This document shows positions 51,690-60,819 of a stretch of DNA of 64,000 nt, in pieces. The translations under genes were made by a program, and so were the position numbers. The stretch's first letter is position 1. Each line of letters opens with the position of its first letter. The DNA is taken from positions 576,001 to 640,000 of the forward strand of contig OY782391.1 in assembly GCA_963677745.1 (NCBI GenBank), written 5' to 3'. The DNA comes from Candidatus Altimarinota bacterium. GTDB lineage: Bacteria; Patescibacteriota; Gracilibacteria; UBA1369. The notes beneath the pieces are model-generated. The model searched no databases, was not told the origin of the DNA, and saw only the letters and a list, made by a program, of their open reading frames with translations.

Positions 51690-53618
51690 TTAAGCAACCA
51701 TCGAATTCTCAACTCCCACCTCTCCTTTATCGTTAATAGCAACCGCTTTTCTGCCATTAGGTGAAGGAACATCCTCTATCTTCACGTCCTGAAGCAGGGC
51801 CATTTCAGCCGGAGTAAATCTTCTCATAGTATCAGCGATAAAATCCTGAATATTTTTGTCCACTTCCTCCGGAGGACGATGCTCCGTTGTGTTCCAACGG
51901 ATTGCCTCATCCACACGGTCTTTGATCTGTTGTTGCATCTCTTCTTTAGTCCTGACTTCATGTCTCGCCATCAGTTCGGGATGCGCAGGATCAAAAGTTC
52001 CCAAAGCCCCCTTATCGTCATCGACAGGCACAATTTTTACATTTGGTTTGTCCCCGGAATAACTTGCGTACACATTGTAACTTTCGTTTTCCTTACCGGC
52101 AAAATTACCGTTAATAACCAGTGTTTTATAAACTTTTTCTAACCCCGGATCATTGTTCCACAACTGTGGATTGGATAAATAGTTGGTAACCGTAGCTATC
52201 ATTGCATCAGTACTTGTAATAGATTCATCACCGCGTATTTGTTCAAAAGCCCTGTTAAGATCTGTGGGGCCCCTAGCCACTAACGCCTGATAATCTTTCA
52301 AGGCATCCATATACTGTTTATCCGCTCCCTCATAATTCAATTTTGCGTCAGCATAATCCTCCGCGGTAGCACCTTCCTTGTTAAAATAATCATCAGCCAT
52401 TTTTTCCGTATTTAGGCCTTTCGATTTAACATAACTTACAACAACATCCGGCAAAGGTTTAATCTTTGTATTCCAGTTTGCCCACATTTTATCTTTCTGC
52501 TCCTGAGCTTCTTTCTTAGCCACCTCCAATTCGTTTGTTTCCCTATTTGAGTTCATCTCGCTCAATGATTGTCTGAATAAATCCGCGGCTTTTTGAAACA
52601 ACTTGGTCGCCTCGGCATAAGTCGGTTTATCAGTTCTTCCGCTTTTGGAAACAGCTTCTTTGAAAGTCTGAACAGCCTGATTATAAAATGTCTTGGCCGG
52701 CCCTTCCTTTGCCGCAACCGCTTGATCCATAATACTGGCAGCATTAAATTCAAGTCTCAAGTCAGGATTGTCCACGGGAAACTGGCTCCAGACTCCTCTG
52801 GCTTCCTGTTCAGCCGTGACCATTGTCATATATTCTTTGGCTCCAGCTTCATGCGGTGATCCTTTCTCGGCTCCGGCCAAGTTCTTTCTGGCAAAATCCA
52901 TGCGTTCCAAAGCGGCCTTTTCATCTGCATTCATCACCGGTAATTCATCTTCTCCTTCCGCCCTTGAACCCGCCTTCGCGTCCTTGTTCTGTTGCAGCCA
53001 CTGCATACCCAGATCAATCTTGGCATTGTAAGCAGCTGTATACGCTTGTGCTTTTGCAGAATCCACACCTGGAAAGCCTTCGCTGACCGCCCTCTGCATT
53101 TCGGAGACATCTGCCATCACCCTTCGGACATTGGTGGGATCACTGACCGTTAATAATCCTTCCACCATCTTACCACCTTGTTCCCATCCCACATTTTTTC
53201 TGGTTTCATAAAAACTTTCCGCTTTCTGTGAAACCGCTTCAGCCTTTGTAACCAGATCCTGTCCAAGCTGCATTTCTGCAGGTAGTTTGGTGTTTTCCTG
53301 TTTTATTTGCGAAAGCTCCTGGTTGGCATGCAAAAAATCTTTTTCCGGATCAACCTGAGACAATCTGGTATTTAACTGCGTCCTCAAAGTTATATCCTGT
53401 ACCGCTTTTTCAAATCTGGCTCTGGCAGCTTCAATAGCAGCCTGCGCTCTTTCGAAATTCGCTTTGCCCTCTGCATCATCATCATGGGGTTTTTGTTTTT
53501 CCAGCTTGCCTTTCGCTATTGCCATTATTGATTCGGCATTCATCGGGCCCTCAATTGACTGAGCCTGCTTGATTGATTCGGTGATTATTTGTTCAGTATT
53601 GATTGTTTCCGGACTCAT
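51690..53618 (-). CDS. Large helical hypothetical protein
   Basis: 642 aa, A/E/K/Q-rich, TPR-like segments, no signal peptide. Confidence 0.8.
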   Translation of the reverse strand: MSPETINTEQIITESIKQAQSIEGPMNAESIMAIAKGKLEKQKPHDDDAEGKANFERAQAAIEAARARFEKAVQDITLRTQLNTRLSQVDPEKDFLHANQELSQIKQENTKLPAEMQLGQDLVTKAEAVSQKAESFYETRKNVGWEQGGKMVEGLLTVSDPTNVRRVMADVSEMQRAVSEGFPGVDSAKAQAYTAAYNAKIDLGMQWLQQNKDAKAGSRAEGEDELPVMNADEKAALERMDFARKNLAGAEKGSPHEAGAKEYMTMVTAEQEARGVWSQFPVDNPDLRLEFNAASIMDQAVAAKEGPAKTFYNQAVQTFKEAVSKSGRTDKPTYAEATKLFQKAADLFRQSLSEMNSNRETNELEVAKKEAQEQKDKMWANWNTKIKPLPDVVVSYVKSKGLNTEKMADDYFNKEGATAEDYADAKLNYEGADKQYMDALKDYQALVARGPTDLNRAFEQIRGDESITSTDAMIATVTNYLSNPQLWNNDPGLEKVYKTLVINGNFAGKENESYNVYASYSGDKPNVKIVPVDDDKGALGTFDPAHPELMARHEVRTKEEMQQQIKDRVDEAIRWNTTEHRPPEEVDKNIQDFIADTMRRFTPAEMALLQDVKIEDVPSPNGRKAVAINDKGEVGVENSMVA

Positions 53619-53628
53619 AAGGATATGT

Positions 53629-53934
53629 TTACAGGTTTTTAAGTAGTTTTTCCGCTTTTACTATTTCTTTTTTATGGGTAGAGGTTTCAGCCGCGACCAG
53701 CCTTCTCTTTTTGCCCTTCTGGACATTAATTTTATAATCGCCCACCACCTGTTCGGTCTCGCTCTGAAAACTTTGGAAGGCCTTGGCAATCATTGTTTTC
53801 TCCTCCTGAAACATCTGAATATATTTTTCCATCTGCAGTCCCGTGGCAGCTAAAACTGCTGCCTGCATCCCCGCAGACATATCCTTGAAAGACAATGCAC
53901 CCTTCACCAATTTTTCATATTCTTCTCTCGTCAT
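53629..53934 (-). CDS. Small helical protein (paralog set S1)
   Basis: 101 aa, ends E..KAEKLLKNL; resembles 56298-56648. Confidence 0.75.
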   Translation of the reverse strand: MTREEYEKLVKGALSFKDMSAGMQAAVLAATGLQMEKYIQMFQEEKTMIAKAFQSFQSETEQVVGDYKINVQKGKKRRLVAAETSTHKKEIVKAEKLLKNL

Positions 53935-53965
53935 TTATTTGTTTAAATTTTGTGTAAAAACAGTA

Positions 53966-56275
53966 TTAGGCAGTCAGATTCGGCGGATAGGCGCTCACAT
54001 CGGTCTTCTTTTTATCCTTGTCCTCCCTGACTTCAACCAGCACCTGCTCCTTACCTCTCTTGGCCACATAAAACCCTGGTTCCTTGGGAACCGCCGAAGT
54101 GTTTTTAGCCCACTCGGTGTACCAGCCCGGAGTGTTTTCAGGTTTATAAGGATCCTTGGCAAAGTTATTCGGTCTGTCTTTCTGTTTTTCGGCCTGTACC
54201 GCCGGAGCTTCAGCCGGTTTGGCGGCTGGAGCAGGCGCAGCATATTCACCGCCGCCTCCGCCTCCACCCTGGGGAAGCTTCTTGTTTACTTCCGCCAGCT
54301 TGGCGGTTGCCTCTTGCGCGGCTTGTACCGCTTTATCGATATCGGCAATTTTTTCCACTGCGGATTTTATTTCACTTGGACTGGTGGCCGCAATCGGTGT
54401 CCCGTAGACGTCCGGAATTTGCGGTAAATCAGCGGTTTTCTTACCGCCTTTATCCTTTGCCTTGGCCGCAGCCAATTCAGTCTGATATTTTTGTACAACC
54501 TCAATCTTTTTATTCATCATGTCCTTGGCCACCTTGGCTTTCTCCATCAGTGTCGGTGCATTTTCACCGCTCTTTAATTCCGTCTCCAGTTGGGCCTTAG
54601 CCGCCTGAAACTCTGGCAAAGACGCTTTGGCATTTCCCAGAGCATCCATGCTGGCTTTATAAGGAAACTCCACTCCAAAATAAGTGGAAAGTTCAGATAG
54701 TTTTTTCATTTCAGGGCTGGAACTGACCCGTGCTACTTCGGTTGCCCGATAGGTCGATTCTGCAACTTTTATCAAACCCTCCAAAGCTTTCTGGTTTTTC
54801 TCCATCTCAGCCGGAGTTTTGCAATTTTCCGCAACAAATTTTTCAATATTCGGATCAGGCTTGCCTGTGGCAGCCACCAATTGTTTATAACCTCCCAATA
54901 CATTCTGGAAATTGGCTACCTTATTGGCATCTTCCAAAGCCATAAACATACCGGCAGCTTTGGTCAGATCGGCTTCTGTATTAAGAATTTCAGCCAGGCT
55001 GGATCCCGCGCCAATCAACGCAAACGGGGGAAACAGAATACCGGCACCAGTTGCCATCCCGACAGCTCCAATATCCATTCCCAAATCCTGAAGCGCCCTC
55101 GTATATTTTGAAGTCATTTCCCCCTCGTCAGCTGCGCCAGAACTTTTCAGCATGGCATACATCTGGGCCACCTTCTGTACCGCCTGTTCACGTTGCGCGG
55201 GAGAAGCTTTGGCAAGTTCGCCTAAAAGCATTCCCCTCAACTGGGAAGGGACCTTCTGATCACACATAATTGAGTCAATGGTTCCCGAAACCTTATCCGA
55301 TAAAGCCAATTGTCTGGCGTCACGATTGGACACATCATATCCCATCGATTGCATAATCTGTAATTTGATATCCGACGCTTTTACACCGTTATCTTCCAAT
55401 ATACCTCCACTGTCGGATTCCCTCTGTGATAGACCTGACATAAACTTTCTGGCAGTACTTTCCATATCATGTTCTTTGCCTTTCTCGTGCAAACGGGCAA
55501 CTATACCCATGGTTAAATCCTCCACTTCCTGATCACCCATAGTCACGTTGACTTTTTCACCATTGACCATCACCCCGTTCATCTCGGACTTCAGATAATC
55601 ATTAACTAGACCAGAGCTGTAATTTGCTTTGACATAATCGGCATCCGCCAGATCCTCGGCAAAATCAGCGGCTTCCCTGGCTTCATTCATGTCTGCACTG
55701 TCCATTCCTGCTTCAACGGAAGCAGTAACCTTATCTTTGACCACTTTGGTTGCCTCATCCTTGGCTTTGAAAGCAGCCTCCACCTGATCGGCTGTCACCT
55801 TGGCCAAAGTATTCATTCTGACTTCCAGGGCTGTCTGTTCGGCCTTCAAGGTATTTCTCTTAGCCTCATTGTCGGATTTGATCTGTTCACGCTTGGCATC
55901 ATTATCTTTGTTGGCCTTGACCTTGTCATCCCATTCCTTCCATTCCTTGGATTTCTTGTTCTTGGGCTCCTGGCCGGGATCAACATTCTTGGCAACAGCG
56001 TCTATGGCCGTCTTTTCATCCTTATCAATTTTATCGGTTTCTTCTTTGATTTTGCCTTTTACCTCCTGTATTGCGGCATTACGCTGGCCCTCAAGCTCTG
56101 TCCTGGCAGCTCCCGGACCGCTTTTCCAGCGTTCCAAATTACCGGCCTGGGCAGCGGTTTCCTGAAGCTTCTTATAAGCTTCGGAAGCCCCGACGTCGAA
56201 AGCGAAAATTGCTCTGGACTGGACTATCCCTGCCTGATCTGTTCCGTTTAACGTTTTGTTTTTGAGTAATAACAT
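53966..56275 (-). CDS. Large coiled-coil protein with a central hydrophobic hairpin
   Basis: 769 aa; IGAVGMATGAGILFPPFALIGAG segment; Gly/Pro-Ala linker before a small C-terminal domain. Confidence 0.8.
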   Translation of the reverse strand: MLLLKNKTLNGTDQAGIVQSRAIFAFDVGASEAYKKLQETAAQAGNLERWKSGPGAARTELEGQRNAAIQEVKGKIKEETDKIDKDEKTAIDAVAKNVDPGQEPKNKKSKEWKEWDDKVKANKDNDAKREQIKSDNEAKRNTLKAEQTALEVRMNTLAKVTADQVEAAFKAKDEATKVVKDKVTASVEAGMDSADMNEAREAADFAEDLADADYVKANYSSGLVNDYLKSEMNGVMVNGEKVNVTMGDQEVEDLTMGIVARLHEKGKEHDMESTARKFMSGLSQRESDSGGILEDNGVKASDIKLQIMQSMGYDVSNRDARQLALSDKVSGTIDSIMCDQKVPSQLRGMLLGELAKASPAQREQAVQKVAQMYAMLKSSGAADEGEMTSKYTRALQDLGMDIGAVGMATGAGILFPPFALIGAGSSLAEILNTEADLTKAAGMFMALEDANKVANFQNVLGGYKQLVAATGKPDPNIEKFVAENCKTPAEMEKNQKALEGLIKVAESTYRATEVARVSSSPEMKKLSELSTYFGVEFPYKASMDALGNAKASLPEFQAAKAQLETELKSGENAPTLMEKAKVAKDMMNKKIEVVQKYQTELAAAKAKDKGGKKTADLPQIPDVYGTPIAATSPSEIKSAVEKIADIDKAVQAAQEATAKLAEVNKKLPQGGGGGGGEYAAPAPAAKPAEAPAVQAEKQKDRPNNFAKDPYKPENTPGWYTEWAKNTSAVPKEPGFYVAKRGKEQVLVEVREDKDKKKTDVSAYPPNLTA

Positions 56276-56297
56276 ATGAAAATTATTAATGTTTTTA

Positions 56298-56648
56298 TTA
56301 TTTATTTAATGATTGCAGAATGGCCTCCGTTTCTGCCGTTTCTTCACCTGCCGCCGCCACACGGTTTTTGGAAACCTTCATCTTTTTATAGGCATTCTTG
56401 GTTTTGGCCATTTCTGTCTCAAATCTGTCCATAATCTGAGCGGTAACCTTCTCGAAACGGTCAGTAATCTGATTCATCTGTTCTGCTTCGTCCTGCAATA
56501 CTGCATAAGTGGTTTCCAGGAACTTGTCGTTGCCGCCATAAACCAGCTGCATCAAGGCATAAAGCTTTGCCGGTCCCATAGCGCTTACTGCCGGGGAGGA
56601 AAAGAGCAGCTTCAGGTACTTTTTTGTATCAACTTTTTGATTTGTCAT
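56298..56648 (-). CDS. Small helical protein (S2)
   Basis: ATG at 56648 lies downstream of the promoter; ends EETAETEAILQSL. Confidence 0.75.
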   Translation of the reverse strand: MTNQKVDTKKYLKLLFSSPAVSAMGPAKLYALMQLVYGGNDKFLETTYAVLQDEAEQMNQITDRFEKVTAQIMDRFETEMAKTKNAYKKMKVSKNRVAAAGEETAETEAILQSLNK

Positions 56649-56670
56649 ATTGATTTGATTAAATCCTTTA

Positions 56671-56699
56671 ATTTTAGCACAAACCGCTGTGTTTTTCAA
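56671..56699 (-). promoter_or_regulatory. Sigma70 promoter of the leftward operon
   Basis: ttgaaa-N17-taaaat with extended -10 TG. Confidence 0.65.
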
Positions 56700-56793
56700 T
56701 AAACTCTGTCCCCTGTCGCCTTGATTCCATTTTCATTGGAAAAAAACCGATTAATTTGTTATAATAAACAGATAATCTAATCGAAAAAGGTTC

Positions 56794-58038
56794 ATGGGCG
56801 CACTAGACATATTAGGGGGAATTCCGGGACTGCTCTCCGGCGCGGCAGAAAAAGGAAAGGAGATGCTCCCCGGTCTCAAAGACATTGCTGAAAAAGCCAA
56901 AGACGCCAGAGGCGGTTTTTTCGGAGAGGTGTCGAAGTCCCTTATGTTGCGGCAATGCCCCACTCTGGCTGCCGTCACCGATATTGGAGCCGTGCTCACC
57001 GGACAAAAAACCGAGCAAAAAGTCCCCTGGCAAAACATTTTCGAGACCGTCACGGCTGTTGCGATGTTTGTACCTGATGAATGGAAACACAAAGTCACCG
57101 ATATATTGGCCAATTCGAGTATTTTCCGCACCATCGTGGAATATTGGCCCGGCCTTGATGGAATAGACCTGGGTGGTATCCCGATGGTTGGACAGTATAT
57201 ACCCGACGCCATCGGCAAGGGAGGCAACCTCCGCAAACGGGTATTGGAGGACAAGGACCCCACCGCTGTCATCGGCGCACTGCGCGTCATACATCAGGAT
57301 TTCTTTGTTACCGGTAAAGTCACCTACGACAAGCTCAAAGAACTGTTGGGCGGAAACGGCATGGCGGCAGGCATCCTGGCCTTGTTTGGAGCAGGAGCCC
57401 TGGCCGCAGGAGCAAAAGCTTTGGAAGGAGGAGGAGTCAGAGGCGCGGGAGGTACAGAAGGAGCGGGAAACGGGGGTAAAAGCAGTTCCGAAAGTAAAAC
57501 GGTTGAAGCCGTTGCTGCAGCCGCCACAGGCACCGGTGCCCTCAAAGGAAAAAAACTTCTGGATCTGCAAAAACAAAACCCCGCGGAACAGCAAACCACC
57601 ATGCAAAAAAACCTGCTGGCAGTTATAGAAGCCCTGGGTGTCTCCGAAAGTGCCGTACTGGTAAAAGGCGACTGGTCGGGAAATAACAATGAATGTACTG
57701 TCGGCTTTGTTTATGGAAACGGAGTATACTTTATGACTTTCGACGACGACTACACCGGCAGCGACATTTCCGTCCGGAATGCCAATGGCGCCACCGTCTA
57801 TGATAAAACCGACTGGAACGGCATCGATGCCGACCAGGATGCCAAAGAAATTATAGAGGGCATCAACAAAAACCCCTCCCCCGATCTCAACGCCGGTAGA
57901 GGCGGAGCCGGAGGCTCGGGACCCGGAGCCGGATCAGCCCCAGCCGAAACACCGGCCACCTCTGCTCCAACTGAAGCTCCCGACCACATGACACCCGATC
58001 GTCCCTCACTGCCATCCGAATCCCCTTCCAACAAATAA
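56794..58038 (+). CDS. Hypothetical protein with hydrophobic segment, Gly-rich linker and C-terminal beta domain
   Basis: 414 aa; MAAGILALFGAGALAAG; Pro-rich tail. Confidence 0.8.
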   Translation: MGALDILGGIPGLLSGAAEKGKEMLPGLKDIAEKAKDARGGFFGEVSKSLMLRQCPTLAAVTDIGAVLTGQKTEQKVPWQNIFETVTAVAMFVPDEWKHKVTDILANSSIFRTIVEYWPGLDGIDLGGIPMVGQYIPDAIGKGGNLRKRVLEDKDPTAVIGALRVIHQDFFVTGKVTYDKLKELLGGNGMAAGILALFGAGALAAGAKALEGGGVRGAGGTEGAGNGGKSSSESKTVEAVAAAATGTGALKGKKLLDLQKQNPAEQQTTMQKNLLAVIEALGVSESAVLVKGDWSGNNNECTVGFVYGNGVYFMTFDDDYTGSDISVRNANGATVYDKTDWNGIDADQDAKEIIEGINKNPSPDLNAGRGGAGGSGPGAGSAPAETPATSAPTEAPDHMTPDRPSLPSESPSNK

Positions 58039-58057
58039 ACTAATTGCCAAATAATTT

Positions 58058-58309
58058 ATGCCGGATTCAACAAACAACCCACAACCTGCCACGGAAAATA
58101 ATGACGAACTGATTCGGGAAATCCTGGAAATGATGACAGTTTCTACTATGAAGGACGACGAAAGAACCATGTGGACTGTCATGCTACCCAGCCTGCTCAA
58201 ACCCGAACTGGAAAAATTTAAAGCCGTTCTGGAACAGGAACTCTCCCAGTTGGCCGAAGTCTATCTGCAAGCCAGACAAAACAAAACACCTCCTAACGCC
58301 GCCTCATGA
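58058..58309 (+). CDS. Small helical protein (S3)
   Basis: STMKDDERTMWTVMLP...LEKFKAVLEQE. Confidence 0.75.
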   Translation: MPDSTNNPQPATENNDELIREILEMMTVSTMKDDERTMWTVMLPSLLKPELEKFKAVLEQELSQLAEVYLQARQNKTPPNAAS

Positions 58310-58599
58310 ATATCTTGGAAACGGCAGAGGAATACTACGCCAAGTCACCCCTGCCCCAAATACAGGACAAAAGAAGAAAACTGCATACCAAAGAGCTGCT
58401 TTTAATAATTGAGACGGCCCCTTTTCTGAGCGCCGGCGAAAAGAATCAGATGAGCAGACTAATCTCCCTCTACCCCACTAATGTCATCAAAAACATTAAA
58501 CGCAGCCTGATCCAACAGGGACTGATCTTCCTGCGCAGCAACCCCTATCAACAGGAAAATATCCAGGATTGGCTCAACAAAGTTGGCACCAATCCGTAA
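58306..58599 (+). CDS. Small helical protein (S4)
   Basis: ATGA overlap with S3; IIETAPFLSAGEKNQM. Confidence 0.7.
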   Translation: MNILETAEEYYAKSPLPQIQDKRRKLHTKELLLIIETAPFLSAGEKNQMSRLISLYPTNVIKNIKRSLIQQGLIFLRSNPYQQENIQDWLNKVGTNP

Positions 58600-58603
58600 T
58601 TTT

Positions 58604-59011
58604 CTATTTGCTCAAGGCGTCTTTGCTTACCTTCTCATGTTTCATGAAGATTTTCACGAACAGGAAAAACAGCAGGGCGACCACCAGAAAATTAATGAAG
58701 GCATTCAGCACGATCCCCACCTGAAAAACCACCGGACCCACGGGGAAAATCAGAGACTTGATGGAATCGGAAGGTATTAACAGCTGCAAAGCCGGAGTGA
58801 TAATTCCCCCGACAATTGAGGCAGTCAAAGCTGTCACGGCACTGCCGATCACCAGACCGGCGGCAATGCCCAGAATTTTGTATTCCTTCAGAAAATCTCT
58901 AAACTCATTCATGAAACCATGCGCCTTTTTCGCCTTTTTTTTCAATAAACTTTCTTTTTTCTCAGTTTTGTCCAATACCGCACTGACAACTGCTGTGTTT
59001 TTGATATTCAT
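58604..59011 (-). CDS. mscL: Large-conductance mechanosensitive channel family protein
   Basis: EFRDFL...GIAAGLVIGSA...IITP...GIVLNAFINFLVVA; start uncertain. Confidence 0.85.
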   Translation of the reverse strand: MNIKNTAVVSAVLDKTEKKESLLKKKAKKAHGFMNEFRDFLKEYKILGIAAGLVIGSAVTALTASIVGGIITPALQLLIPSDSIKSLIFPVGPVVFQVGIVLNAFINFLVVALLFFLFVKIFMKHEKVSKDALSK

Positions 59012-59179
59012 ATTTAATAAGAAATGACCGGACAACTATAACATCCCCGGCCGGGGATTTTAAGAAAATAATATTTTCAGATAAGAACAAATTGTTGTAA
59101 TCCCCTCCCGGATTCTTTCCACTGGCTTTGGAACAACAGTCTCTCTGATGGTATAATGATATGATCATTTTACCTTTTT

Positions 59180-60727
59180 ATGGGCTTCAATCCCGAACAA
59201 CCGGAGGAAGGAGGTCTGAACATCAGAAAAGCCCTTTCCGAACTAAAAAATGACGTAATGAAAACGGTCAGTCCCTACATGCCCGATTTCATTAATAATT
59301 ATGTTGAAAAATACAGCAAAGCCCTGCCCGACCTTGGCAAAGAAATCGGTATAACCCCGGAACAGGAAGCAGATGCCCAAAAAAAAGCCGCTGAAGAAAG
59401 CCCCGACACTTCAGCGCCAACCACAACCCCCGCTCCCGTTCCTGCGCTCGCTCCCTCTCCTTCACCTGCACCACAAACAACGCCCGCTGCAGTTGAAACC
59501 GCGCCGGCAGTTAATAATTCTACCCCGGCTATAACCGAATCCGCACCAATACCTTTGGAGACACTCAGACAGGAATACCGGCGAATCGACCAGCTACGGC
59601 AAAGCACCGCCATTACTGCACAAACCCGTGACCGGGTAAACAAAGAACTTGATCTGATGCTAAGAATGGCCCCCAACTATTTGAAAATGCAGATGGCTGC
59701 CGCCCCCGACCATCAGCTGGAGGAAGTTGAACAACTGGGCATGAAAATGGAAAACTTTTCTCCGCTGGTCGATTTAAGCGCTTTTGATCTGGACAAACTG
59801 CGTGCCGGAACTTTAAATCTTGATGCTCTGAAACAGCGGGGAATTCGTGAGCTGGTGCTGATGGAGGATCGTGATCCGCAATTTTTTCTCAATTACCGGG
59901 GATTTAACGGCGGACAAACGGTCCCGCTCAACCGCCATGGCAGCAAACAGGAGGTATGGACGCAGGCCGACCTCAAACTGCTTACCCAAAAAATCCATCA
60001 ATCAGGAATGAAAGTCACTATCGGGTTTTGGGGAAATATAGAAAACGCCGCCAACAATGAATTTTTGAAACGCAACTGGAACCAGGTTCATCCGGTAATC
60101 CCGGGCTCCACCGACATGAATCCCCTGGCTCTGATCAAAGATGAAAACAACCGGGAAATGCCTTTTGCGGATTATATTGTCAATCAATATAAAAAACTAA
60201 ACCGTGACTTCCAGTTTGACGGTCTTTTCCTGGGAGACGGTTTAATGGGCTATCGCGACTTCAAGGATCCCAACGCCCCCTATGACTTTTCCTCCACCGC
60301 CCCGCTTTGGACTGATTTTTACAAAAGAATCCATCAGGGAGTTCACTCCGTCACACCCGACAGCAAACTGTGGGCTTATGACGTTATGGGTAAAGGAACT
60401 GCCGACGCCCGCAAAAACGGGGTGGATTTGGGGGCCCTGACCCCGCATTTGGACAGCTTTATTTTTCAAGCTTATGGAAGCGACGCCTGGGGCAAAGACT
60501 ATATGGCCCTGCCGGGTTATGATCTGGCCCGCGACCAAAAAGCCATTTCGGAATTACCGCCCGAACTGCAGGCAAAAACCAAATACAGCGTCGCCTTTGG
60601 CGACGCAGTTGAAGGCTGGCATGCCTCCGCGGCCTCCAATCTGGCCAAACACCAAGCGCTCAAATCGCATGCACAGCAGGGCGGGCTGGGAGTCTGGTCA
60701 AATCAGGTTATACGCAGACTGACCTAA
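59180..60727 (+). CDS. Hypothetical protein with Pro/Ala/Thr linker and C-terminal glycoside hydrolase-like TIM barrel
   Basis: IHQSGMKVTIGFW, FDGLFLGDG, FQAYG, GGLGVWS pattern. Confidence 0.6.
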   Translation: MGFNPEQPEEGGLNIRKALSELKNDVMKTVSPYMPDFINNYVEKYSKALPDLGKEIGITPEQEADAQKKAAEESPDTSAPTTTPAPVPALAPSPSPAPQTTPAAVETAPAVNNSTPAITESAPIPLETLRQEYRRIDQLRQSTAITAQTRDRVNKELDLMLRMAPNYLKMQMAAAPDHQLEEVEQLGMKMENFSPLVDLSAFDLDKLRAGTLNLDALKQRGIRELVLMEDRDPQFFLNYRGFNGGQTVPLNRHGSKQEVWTQADLKLLTQKIHQSGMKVTIGFWGNIENAANNEFLKRNWNQVHPVIPGSTDMNPLALIKDENNREMPFADYIVNQYKKLNRDFQFDGLFLGDGLMGYRDFKDPNAPYDFSSTAPLWTDFYKRIHQGVHSVTPDSKLWAYDVMGKGTADARKNGVDLGALTPHLDSFIFQAYGSDAWGKDYMALPGYDLARDQKAISELPPELQAKTKYSVAFGDAVEGWHASAASNLAKHQALKSHAQQGGLGVWSNQVIRRLT

Positions 60728-60819
60728 TCTTCTTGGTAAGAAGATTAATTCTAGGACTTTTCCCCGAAAAGAATTATACTCAGCGCAAATAAAAATTTTT
60801 ATTATTCATTAACTAATTT

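Noticed and set aside
56683-59004. Short match aaaaacacagcrgtt upstream of S2 and at the start of mscL
   Set aside because: Only two copies of about 15 bp; one is a promoter spacer and the other coding, so probably chance
59043-59058. Perfect 16-bp palindrome atccccggccggggat
   Set aside because: Single occurrence; no function can be supported
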